Assembly (NCBI GenBank): GCA_039798785.1
Contig: JBDKFG010000102.1
Span: forward strand, 1-22,347
Source of the DNA: Verrucomicrobiota bacterium
GTDB taxonomy: Bacteria > Verrucomicrobiota > Lentisphaeria > Lentisphaerales > Lentisphaeraceae
DNA length: 22,347 nucleotides
Direction: 5' to 3'
In this document: positions 6,657 through 14,458 of the stretch, in pieces
How positions within the stretch are numbered: position 1 is the stretch's first letter
Layout of the letters: the number at the start of each line of letters is the position of its first letter
Translations under genes and position numbers: made by a program
The notes under the pieces: generated by a model
What the model saw: only the letters and a program-made list of their open reading frames with translations
The model's database searches: none
Told to the model about the DNA's origin: nothing

Positions 6657-8159
6657 TTATTCGCCGGAGCTAAGGAAGTCGAGGATGTTGTGCTTCGCTT
6701 CGCTGTCGCTGCGGCGGGCGGCAGTGGGGCCGCTGGAGGCTGCCTCAGCGGCCTTGGGTGATTCGCTGTGGGCGGGTTCCGCGGGGCGCTTGAGCCGGCG
6801 TGAGAGACTGGCGTTGCGTCCCTTGCTGCGGCTGATCAAGGAGAGGCCGAGGGCGTGATCGGCGATGGCGCTGCAGAGAGTGCGGTTGACGCCCATCTTG
6901 TGCGCGACGACGTCGGTCTTGATCGGGAAGCCGTTTTCCGGCAGGTGGGAGAGGAAACTCTCCAGCTGCTCAGGGCTGACCTCGACCTTGATCTTGGCGG
7001 GCTTGGCGGGCTTGGCGACTTTCACTTTGCTTGCGACCTGGCTGCCGGAGGAGAGGCTGAGGGAGCCGCCTCGTCCCTTGCCGGTGACGGCGCGGCCTGA
7101 GGCAACCAGAGCCGCTCGGGCTGCGGTGTAGCGAGCGTCGTTCCAGTCGAGGAGCTTCTGGAGTTTGCCGTTGCCGAGGGGGCTTTCGCTGAGGTTGGCG
7201 AGCAGGGTCGCCGCGTCGTCCGCACCTTCGGGCAAGATCGGGCTGCGTCCACCGGATTTCGTCTTGGTGGCCTTTTCCTTGACGGGCCTCGGAGACTTAC
7301 TTGCCTTCGTGCTGCCGGAGTGGCGGCTGAGCGAGCCTCCGCGTCCTTTGCCGGTGACGGCGCGACCTGAGGCGATCAGGGCTTCTTTGGCTTCGACATA
7401 ACGGGCGGCATCCCAGCCGAGTCGGCGAAGGAGATCGATGTTGCCGACGCTGCCCTCGTCCGGGAGGTTGGCGAAGAGGATGGAGGCGTCATCGGCACCT
7501 TGGAGAAGAATAACGGAGCGGGAAGCTTTCGGGGCTTTCGGGGCTTTCGGGGCTTTCGGGGCTTTTTCTTTCTTGGGTTTGAGCTCCTTGGCTGCCTTGG
7601 TCTTCGCGGGTCCGATGCGATAGGATCCTTTTTTGTCGGACTTGACTTCGATCTTGCCGGCTGCGGCGAGGGTCTCGACGGTGGCTTTCAGGAGATCCGC
7701 GGCCATTCCGGTCCTACGCAGGAGTTTGAGTTCGCCGAGACGGCGTTTCTTGTCGCCGAGAAGGGCGAGGATGCGCTCGGCCGGATCAGCCGGCAGCGTG
7801 TCGTCGGCCTTGGTCCTTTTGCTGTCTTTGATCAGGCCGCATTGAACAAAGATATTGACGACTTTATCGAAGCTGGGCTGATCCCAAGCGAGTTCAAGGC
7901 GGGCCTTTTCGAGCCGGCTGGAGAGCGAGGAGGTAGCCTTGGCAGGAGGGCGGGGTTTTTTAGCGATTTGGGGGGCCTCACCTTCGTGGAGGCGGCGGAG
8001 TGAGCCGCCGGGACCGGGGCCGGTTTTGATCCGGCCTTGCTGCAATAAATCCGCTTTCGCTTCTTGGAAAGCGACGGCATCGAGACCGAGCTTATGCTGG
8101 ATTTTAGAGCTCAGGGCGAATTCGAAAGTCAGAGCTTCGAATAGTTTCTCAGTGTTCAT
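6657..8159 (-). CDS. hypothetical basic protein with about six winged-helix-like repeats and Lys/Ala/Pro-rich linkers; putative nucleoid-associated DNA-binding protein
   Basis: 500-aa ORF with ATG and a GAGGA SD. Repeated module ending L-x3-G-R/K-x3-G-x-G-x-GGSL. Linkers KAPKAPKAPKAPKA and KPAKPAK. The function is inferred. Confidence 0.7.
   Translation of the reverse strand: MNTEKLFEALTFEFALSSKIQHKLGLDAVAFQEAKADLLQQGRIKTGPGPGGSLRRLHEGEAPQIAKKPRPPAKATSSLSSRLEKARLELAWDQPSFDKVVNIFVQCGLIKDSKRTKADDTLPADPAERILALLGDKKRRLGELKLLRRTGMAADLLKATVETLAAAGKIEVKSDKKGSYRIGPAKTKAAKELKPKKEKAPKAPKAPKAPKASRSVILLQGADDASILFANLPDEGSVGNIDLLRRLGWDAARYVEAKEALIASGRAVTGKGRGGSLSRHSGSTKASKSPRPVKEKATKTKSGGRSPILPEGADDAATLLANLSESPLGNGKLQKLLDWNDARYTAARAALVASGRAVTGKGRGGSLSLSSGSQVASKVKVAKPAKPAKIKVEVSPEQLESFLSHLPENGFPIKTDVVAHKMGVNRTLCSAIADHALGLSLISRSKGRNASLSRRLKRPAEPAHSESPKAAEAASSGPTAARRSDSEAKHNILDFLSSGE
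7525..7565 (-). repeat. 9-bp coding tandem repeat (GCTTTCGGG)x4 plus a partial copy, encoding KAP repeats
   Basis: Identical copies at 7525, 7534, 7543 and 7552, and a partial copy at 7561. Confidence 0.95.
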
Positions 8160-8203
8160 TTGGGAGTGTCCTCAAGTTTTTTGTCAAGATGAAATTCGGC
8201 CTT

Positions 8204-8238
8204 AAATAAAAGCGACCCCGGAGATTAATCCGGAGTCG
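8204..8238 (-). terminator. rho-independent terminator of gltA
   Basis: Minus-strand hairpin CGACTCCGGA-TTAATC-TCCGGGGTCG (one G-U pair) followed by CTTTTATTT. Confidence 0.75.
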
Positions 8239-8267
8239 ACAATGGTCAAGTTGCAACCGTTAAAGAA

Positions 8268-9533
<1,266 letters not shown>

Positions 9534-9572
9534 GGGCCACCGCATTAGGTTGTTTTTATTCAGGAGTCATCC

Positions 9573-9600
9573 AAGCTAGATGCCACTGCCCGTTCATCAA
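9573..9600 (-). promoter_or_regulatory. possible sigma70-type promoter for gltA
   Basis: TTGATG-16 nt-TAGCTT on the minus strand, about 40 nt upstream of the start. Weak match found by eye. Confidence 0.3.
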
Positions 9601-9777
9601 CGGCCTTGTGACTCAAAAATTGACACTGTTCCAGAGCTTGCAGGTCTAGAAATCAGGGATTCTGGAAAAATCAGGGCGAAGCCGCCTCCGGAATTCTCTC
9701 CGGCGCTGGCAAGGTCCGTCTCAGCTCTTATCTTGGTCGGCTTTCGACAACAACACCCCAAAAGTGAGGAAACCCTG

Positions 9778-11019
9778 ATGACCCTGAAAGATCTCAAAGG
9801 CAAGAAAGTCGGCGTCTGCGTCTCTGGCGGCCTCGACTCAAAAACCGTCACCAAACGCTTCATTGAAGCCGGCCTGAAGGTCACCTGCTTCTCCGCCGAC
9901 CTCGGCCAGCCCGATGAAAAAGACATCAATGACATCATCACCAAGATGGCTCCTTGCGGCGCCGAGACCATCATCGTCGACCTGAAGAAGGAAATGGCCG
10001 AGGCCTGCTTCGACATCGTCAAGGCCGGCGCCACCTATGACGGCGGCTACTGGAACACCACCGGTCTGGCCCGCGCCGTCACCGTCAAGGGCCTGGTCAA
10101 GGCGATGACCGCCAAGGGCGTCGAAATTCTCGCCCACGGCGCCACCGGCCGCGGCAACGACCAGATGCGCTTCGAGCGCTACACCCGCCAGCTCAACCCC
10201 AACATGCAAGTCTATGCCCCCTGGCGCGACGCCGAGCTCCTCAAGGAATTCCCCGGCCGTACTCAGATGGTCAAATACCTCGCCAAGTTCAAGATCCGCC
10301 ACGATCTGCCCGGCACCAAGAAGAAATACTCCACCGACGCCAACCTCGCCGGCCTGTCGCACGAAGCCGAAGACCTTGAGCACATCAGCACCTCCTGCCT
10401 GATCGTCGACCCCACCATGGGCGTCTGGCCGCAGCAGGCTCCCGACAAGATCGAAGACGTCACCTTCCGCTTCAAGGCCGGCCGCTGCGTCGAGATCAAC
10501 GGCAAGAAGGTCACTCCTCTCAAGGCCATCCAGCTCGCCAACGAGATCGGCGGCCGCAACGGCATCTGGATGAAGAACGCCCTTGAGAACCGCATCATCG
10601 GCACCAAGTCGCGCGGCGTCTACGAAGCTCCCGGCCTCGAGATTCTCCACAGTGCCCTCAAGTCGGTCCTGCAGGCCACCCTCGACCGCAACTGCACCAG
10701 CCTCTACGCCCAGATGTCCCGCGTCATCGCCCAAAACATCTACGATGGGCGCTACTTCGACCTGAGCACTCGCGCCGCCCAGGCTTGCGTGGACACCCTC
10801 ACTGCCAACGCCGACGGCGTCGTCACCCTCGGCCTCTACAAGGGCAACATCTTCTTCCAGTCGATGTCCGAAGTCCCCGCCTCGCTCTACAACGAAGCCG
10901 ACTCCTCGATGGAAGAATCGAAAGGCCTCAACCCCGTGTCCTCGCAAGGCTACGCCGACATCCTCGCCGTCGAAGCCCTGTCGATGGCTCGCGCCGGCCA
11001 CTTCAAAGGCATGATCTGA
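9778..11019 (+). CDS. argG: argininosuccinate synthase
   Basis: SGGLDS, ADLGQP, AHGATGRGNDQMRF, YAPWRD, YSTDANL and ENRIIGTKSRGVYEAPG motifs. GAGGA SD precedes the ATG at 9778. Confidence 0.96.
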   Translation: MTLKDLKGKKVGVCVSGGLDSKTVTKRFIEAGLKVTCFSADLGQPDEKDINDIITKMAPCGAETIIVDLKKEMAEACFDIVKAGATYDGGYWNTTGLARAVTVKGLVKAMTAKGVEILAHGATGRGNDQMRFERYTRQLNPNMQVYAPWRDAELLKEFPGRTQMVKYLAKFKIRHDLPGTKKKYSTDANLAGLSHEAEDLEHISTSCLIVDPTMGVWPQQAPDKIEDVTFRFKAGRCVEINGKKVTPLKAIQLANEIGGRNGIWMKNALENRIIGTKSRGVYEAPGLEILHSALKSVLQATLDRNCTSLYAQMSRVIAQNIYDGRYFDLSTRAAQACVDTLTANADGVVTLGLYKGNIFFQSMSEVPASLYNEADSSMEESKGLNPVSSQGYADILAVEALSMARAGHFKGMI

Positions 11020-11034
11020 AGCTTTGAAGGCTTA

Positions 11035-11079
11035 AGTCCGCCCCCTTCCGCGAGCTTGTGGAAGGGGGCGGACTCTTTT
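11035..11079 (+). terminator. rho-independent terminator of argG
   Basis: AGTCCGCCCCCTTCC pairs with GGAAGGGGGCGGACT as a 15-bp stem, followed by CTTTT. Confidence 0.85.
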
Positions 11080-11080
11080 G

Positions 11081-11262
11081 GCCTGTCTCACTCGAATTTC
11101 AAGATCACAGCTTTAGGGAGTTAGGGAACTGGGCAGTAAGGAGTGCGTTGGCTACCCTAACTCCCTCCTCCCCGACATCCAGGAATGCCACCTTGAACCC
11201 AGGGTCATCGCCGATGTGGCTCAACCCTGGGTTGCCATGTACGCCACGCGAGTGACAGAGCA
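11081..11262. ncRNA. candidate structured RNA of about 180 nt, or a cluster of palindromic (REP-like) elements
   Basis: End-to-end pairing TCACTCG/CGAGTGA, a TTCAAG/CTTGAA stem, a 12-bp stem AGGGAGTTAGGG/CCCTAACTCCCT and a 10-bp stem AACCCAGGGT/ACCCTGGGTT. Identity not established. Confidence 0.35.
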
Positions 11263-11278
11263 GTGTCAAATAATCCTG

Positions 11279-11314
11279 GATTCCGAAGCTGAGCTTGGGC
11301 TCAGCTCGGGAATC
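11279..11314 (-). terminator. hairpin downstream of the EEP-family gene
   Basis: GATTCCGA-A-GCTGAGC-TTGG-GCTCAGC-TCGG-G-AATC. Only a weak U-rich tail on the minus strand. Confidence 0.45.
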
Positions 11315-11316
11315 CG

Positions 11317-11344
11317 ATTCAAGATTCAAAATTCAAGATTCAAC
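11317..11344. repeat. heptamer tandem repeat ATTCAAN x4
   Basis: ATTCAAG ATTCAAA ATTCAAG ATTCAAC. Confidence 0.85.
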
Positions 11345-11359
11345 AGAACGCGAACAAAA

Positions 11360-12121
11360 TCAAAGATTCGGGCGGTGATCCGAAGCTGTTTTTTCTTCTA
11401 TCACCTTTGCCTCTAGAACCTGGCAGGTGAAATTGCCTGGGCGGATGAAGATGTAGTCGATTCGCTCTCGAGGCTGATCGGCCGGGGAAGTGGCTGGCAG
11501 GCCTGCGGTGGCGTCGATCCATCCGGCTTCCAAAATCAAGCGGATCTCGGGCGAGGTCGGGGCGGCGTTGAAATCGCCCATCAGGATCGCCGGCTCACCG
11601 CCGGGTAGAGTTGCGGCATAGCTGAGCAAGGCTTCGACCTGGCGGCGCCGTCCATCGGGACTTTTGTAGTCGAGGTGGGTGCCGATGAGGTGGCTAGGGC
11701 CTAGGCCGGGCACGTTGATGCGACTGTGAATCAGGCTGCGTCCTTCGCCGCTGACTGGAAGGATTTTGATCTGCGCCGGAGGAGATGCCCAGCGTTGCAG
11801 CAGCGCGTTGCCATAGCCACCGCCGGAGAAGTCGATCGACTTGCCGAAATGTGCCGTGTTCAGGCCGCTTTCCTGCGCAAGAACCGCACTTTGATCGATG
11901 CCCAGACTGCGCCCGGTCTTATGGTCGACTTCCTGCAGGGCGACGAGATCGGCTCCTTCCTTCTTGATGAGGGCTCCGAGGCGCAGCAGATCGAGGCGAC
12001 GGTCGAGACCTTCTCCATGGTGGATGTTGTAGCTCAGCAGCCGCAGTTCGGTCGTCTGAGACGCTGTTTGGCAGGCTGACAGACCGAGGAGGAGCAGCGC
12101 CGTGCTCCAGACGCGGATCAT
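11360..12121 (-). CDS. endonuclease/exonuclease/phosphatase (EEP) family lipoprotein
   Basis: Lipobox LSAC. LLSYNIHHG, DLVALQEVD, YGNALL, THLD, GDFNA, RIDYIF and SDHRP motifs. The ATG overlaps the upstream stop (ATGA). Confidence 0.92.
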   Translation of the reverse strand: MIRVWSTALLLLGLSACQTASQTTELRLLSYNIHHGEGLDRRLDLLRLGALIKKEGADLVALQEVDHKTGRSLGIDQSAVLAQESGLNTAHFGKSIDFSGGGYGNALLQRWASPPAQIKILPVSGEGRSLIHSRINVPGLGPSHLIGTHLDYKSPDGRRRQVEALLSYAATLPGGEPAILMGDFNAAPTSPEIRLILEAGWIDATAGLPATSPADQPRERIDYIFIRPGNFTCQVLEAKVIEEKTASDHRPNL

Positions 12122-12828
12122 TTCGCCGATTCCGGCAGCTCGAGAATGCGGATGTTGCGGAAATAGATCGGCGCGCCTTCCGATTCGAGGCAGAGGTAGC
12201 CCGAGGCTGGCGAGGCCTGCAAGCCGGTGCTGACGAACTTGCCGTTGACGCTGAGGCTGATGTTGCCCTCGATGCAAGTGACGACGTATTTGTTCCAGTT
12301 GCCGCGCGGCAGTGAACGTTCTTCGCGGGGGAAGGAGCGGCTCTTGTTCTCGGGGCGGGTGTTGAGGCAGGTCATCTTGGCTCCGTGCACCGGGAAGAGA
12401 TCGCCGTGGGTCGAGTACCAGCGCTGCGGCTTCGGCATGCCGTAGTCGTTTTCGAGGGCCTGGACTTCGATGCCGAGGGGGTAGGGCTGGTTCGGCTTGA
12501 TCGCCACCGGATCGGCGCAGATGAAGACGCCGGAGTTGCCCTGCGCTTCAAGATGCTGCCACTCGTATTCGAGGACGAAGTTGGTGTATTTGCGTTCGCT
12601 GCGGATGACGCCGGTGGGTTCGCCGGAGATGAAGATCATGCCATCCTTGACCGTGGCGGTGTCGGCATTGACATTGACCGGTACCCAGCCCGTCATGTCC
12701 TTACCGTTGAAGAGGTCGACCCATTTCAGGTTGTTGACCGAGGGCTGTTTCGTTTCCGAAGAGGCCATCGGGCAGGTGCACGAGGCTAGACCGGCGAGGG
12801 CGAGGGCGGCGAAGAGGGGACGAAGCAT
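12118..12828 (-). CDS. DUF1080 (3-keto-disaccharide hydrolase family) lipoprotein
   Basis: Lipobox LASC. WVDLFNGKDMTGW, NFVLEYEW, GNSGVF, IEVQ, WNKY, VNGK and GYLCLESEG...FRNIRI motifs. GGAGA SD before 12828. An alternative in-frame ATG at 12909 overlaps the upstream stop. Confidence 0.9.
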   Translation of the reverse strand: MLRPLFAALALAGLASCTCPMASSETKQPSVNNLKWVDLFNGKDMTGWVPVNVNADTATVKDGMIFISGEPTGVIRSERKYTNFVLEYEWQHLEAQGNSGVFICADPVAIKPNQPYPLGIEVQALENDYGMPKPQRWYSTHGDLFPVHGAKMTCLNTRPENKSRSFPREERSLPRGNWNKYVVTCIEGNISLSVNGKFVSTGLQASPASGYLCLESEGAPIYFRNIRILELPESAK

Positions 12829-12905
12829 ACGGGATTCTCCGGGGGGGGATCTTGGTTGCGGGGCTTTTCGGACAGAGCGGTGATCTTTTTGTTTCCGCTT
12901 TGCCT

Positions 12906-13619
12906 TCATTTGGGAGGATAAGATCCCATGGATTGGCGGAGTTGTTGATAAAGATCCTTCGTCCAAGCCGGGCAAGATGCGGGAGCTTGGTATCCTGGAT
13001 GAAGGCGGAAGTCGACAGGACAGAGAATCACCTCGACCGAGCCGGGTTTTGCGTGCGCCGCAAGGACGAAGAGATCCTCCGCCGCGGCGTCGCCCATCGC
13101 CAGACAACCGATCGAACAGGCGCTGCCGTGGATCATGATGTCGCCGCCGAGTTCTTTGCGGCCATCGAGCGCCGCCTGGGCCCGGTCGAAGGCGTTGGGG
13201 TAGCTGACTCGCAGCGACAAGTGGAAGGAGCTGTTGGGGTTGAGCGATTCGACCCGATACAGGCCTTCCGGCACCTGGTTGTCGCCTTCCATCAGCTTCG
13301 GTCCGAGCTCACCGCTGGCGCCGAGGATGGGATAGCTTTTCACCAGCTTCAAGCTCTTGCCTTCGCCGGCCCAGACCTCGAGCCGTCGCTCCTTCTTGAA
13401 GCCGATCAGCACCAGCTGCGACGGCGTCCAGGAAAGCCCGCAACGCTGCAGATCCGCCGCCAGTCGTTGTCGCACCGCCGGCTCGTACTGAGCCAGCCGC
13501 TCAGCCACGCTTTTGCGCTTGCCGCTCAGGCCCAAAGCCGCGCGGATCTCGCCGCGAAAAGGCAGGGCTGCGGCGAGGAGCAGCAGAAGAAGGAGGAGGG
13601 CCTTGAGGGGGCGGGACAT
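12906..13619 (-). CDS. L,D-transpeptidase (YkuD) family protein, YafK/DpaA-like
   Basis: Signal/anchor peptide. FKKERRLEVW, GPKLMEGDNQVPEGLY, LNPNSSFHLSLRVSYPNAFD and the catalytic motif IMIHGSACSIGCLAM. Confidence 0.92.
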   Translation of the reverse strand: MSRPLKALLLLLLLLAAALPFRGEIRAALGLSGKRKSVAERLAQYEPAVRQRLAADLQRCGLSWTPSQLVLIGFKKERRLEVWAGEGKSLKLVKSYPILGASGELGPKLMEGDNQVPEGLYRVESLNPNSSFHLSLRVSYPNAFDRAQAALDGRKELGGDIMIHGSACSIGCLAMGDAAAEDLFVLAAHAKPGSVEVILCPVDFRLHPGYQAPASCPAWTKDLYQQLRQSMGSYPPK

Positions 13620-13663
13620 GGATTGGCCTTGTTGGGATCGGGACGGAGACTCGGAAAGTGTTG

Positions 13664-13707
13664 TCGACCACAATCGACTGCCGTCGACAGCTGTCGATTG
13701 TGGTCGA
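13664..13707. repeat. 44-bp near-perfect palindrome with five TCGA motifs at 10-bp spacing
   Basis: Perfect 15-bp arms TCGACCACAATCGAC and GTCGATTGTGGTCGA. TCGA begins at 13664, 13674, 13684, 13694 and 13704. Confidence 0.95.
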
Positions 13708-13814
13708 GCCATTTTCTTGGGAAGGGGGAATTACGCATTCAGAGTGAGATCGCAACTGGGGGATCACTGATCCAGATCTACCTTTTGAGCGAAACAGAAC
13801 AAGGATGCCAGTTC

Positions 13815-14348
13815 ATGTCGCACACCGAATCCCATCGCGACAAAATCGAAGAGCTTCGCCTACGCTTTGCCAAGCTGCATCGCATCGGCGCCCTCGAAGA
13901 TGCCGACATGCAGTGCTTACAAGAGATTTCTCCTGAAGACGCCGACGAAGGCATTCTAGCAGAAATGGAGGCGATAGCCGATCTTGCAGAATTAGCCCAC
14001 CTCAAGCAGGCCAAAGCGCAGCGCGTCGCGGCTTGGGCGGGGACACAAAGCTTTTATAACCAATCGGTTTTCCGTAATCTTCCCGCCACTGCCTGGAGCT
14101 GGATCCTGCTACTAGCTATCGCTCTTGGATTGATTTTGATCTCCCTCTCACTTCAGCATCGAGGTCAGTTGAAATGCCAGCTTGTCGCTGGCTTTTGCCT
14201 TGTTCTGGCCACGATGGAGTTCCTCCGCTTGCGCTGGTACAAACGCGCTTATGAGATTGAAATCGCTGCCATTGACAGACTGGACGAGAAAATCGCCCAC
14301 CTTGAGCAAAAAACTCATTGCTGTGAGGCCAAGGAAGGGTGTAACTGA
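13815..14348 (+). CDS. hypothetical membrane protein (177 aa, two TM helices)
   Basis: AAGGA SD and ATG at 13815. Helical acidic N-terminus, hydrophobic WSWILLLAIALGLILISLSL and LVAGFCLVLATMEFL segments, coiled-coil-like tail. Lower GC than the flanks. Confidence 0.7.
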   Translation: MSHTESHRDKIEELRLRFAKLHRIGALEDADMQCLQEISPEDADEGILAEMEAIADLAELAHLKQAKAQRVAAWAGTQSFYNQSVFRNLPATAWSWILLLAIALGLILISLSLQHRGQLKCQLVAGFCLVLATMEFLRLRWYKRAYEIEIAAIDRLDEKIAHLEQKTHCCEAKEGCN

Positions 14349-14355
14349 AGAGCAC

Positions 14356-14441
14356 CTCAGGCGCCAAATGGATGCTGGCGCGAAAAGGCAGCGCCGCGCC
14401 GAGGAGCAGAAGAAGAAGGAGAGCCTCGAGGCGGGGGACAT
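14356..14441 (-). pseudogene. frameshifted remnant of the 5' end of the L,D-transpeptidase gene
   Basis: Diverged direct copy of about 13525-13619. It reads RLEALLLLLLLGAALPFRASI versus PLKALLLLLLLLAAALPFRGEI, with a 1-nt deletion just after the ATG. Confidence 0.8.
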
Positions 14442-14458
14442 GAATTTCCGGATTTAGA

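Noticed and set aside
8160..8190. TTGACA promoter for the repeat-protein gene
   Set aside because: No -10 element lies at a usable spacing before the start codon.
9605..9630. ARG box upstream of argG
   Set aside because: TGACTCAAAAATTGACA matches the ArgR palindrome only poorly, and no tandem box is present.
9580..9777. 66-aa N-terminal extension of ArgG
   Set aside because: It lies in the divergent promoter region. The SD and family N-terminus support 9778.
9838..11001. 387-aa ORF antisense to argG
   Set aside because: Shadow ORF with no independent evidence.
11081..11262. Retron msr-msd, SRP RNA, tmRNA or RNase P RNA
   Set aside because: There is no adjacent reverse transcriptase, and the conserved SRP, tmRNA and RNase P sequence signatures were not found.
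12852..13814. N-terminal 321 codons of the 498-aa plus-strand ORF
   Set aside because: They overlap the transpeptidase gene in antisense. Only the part from the SD-preceded ATG at 13815 looks like a gene.
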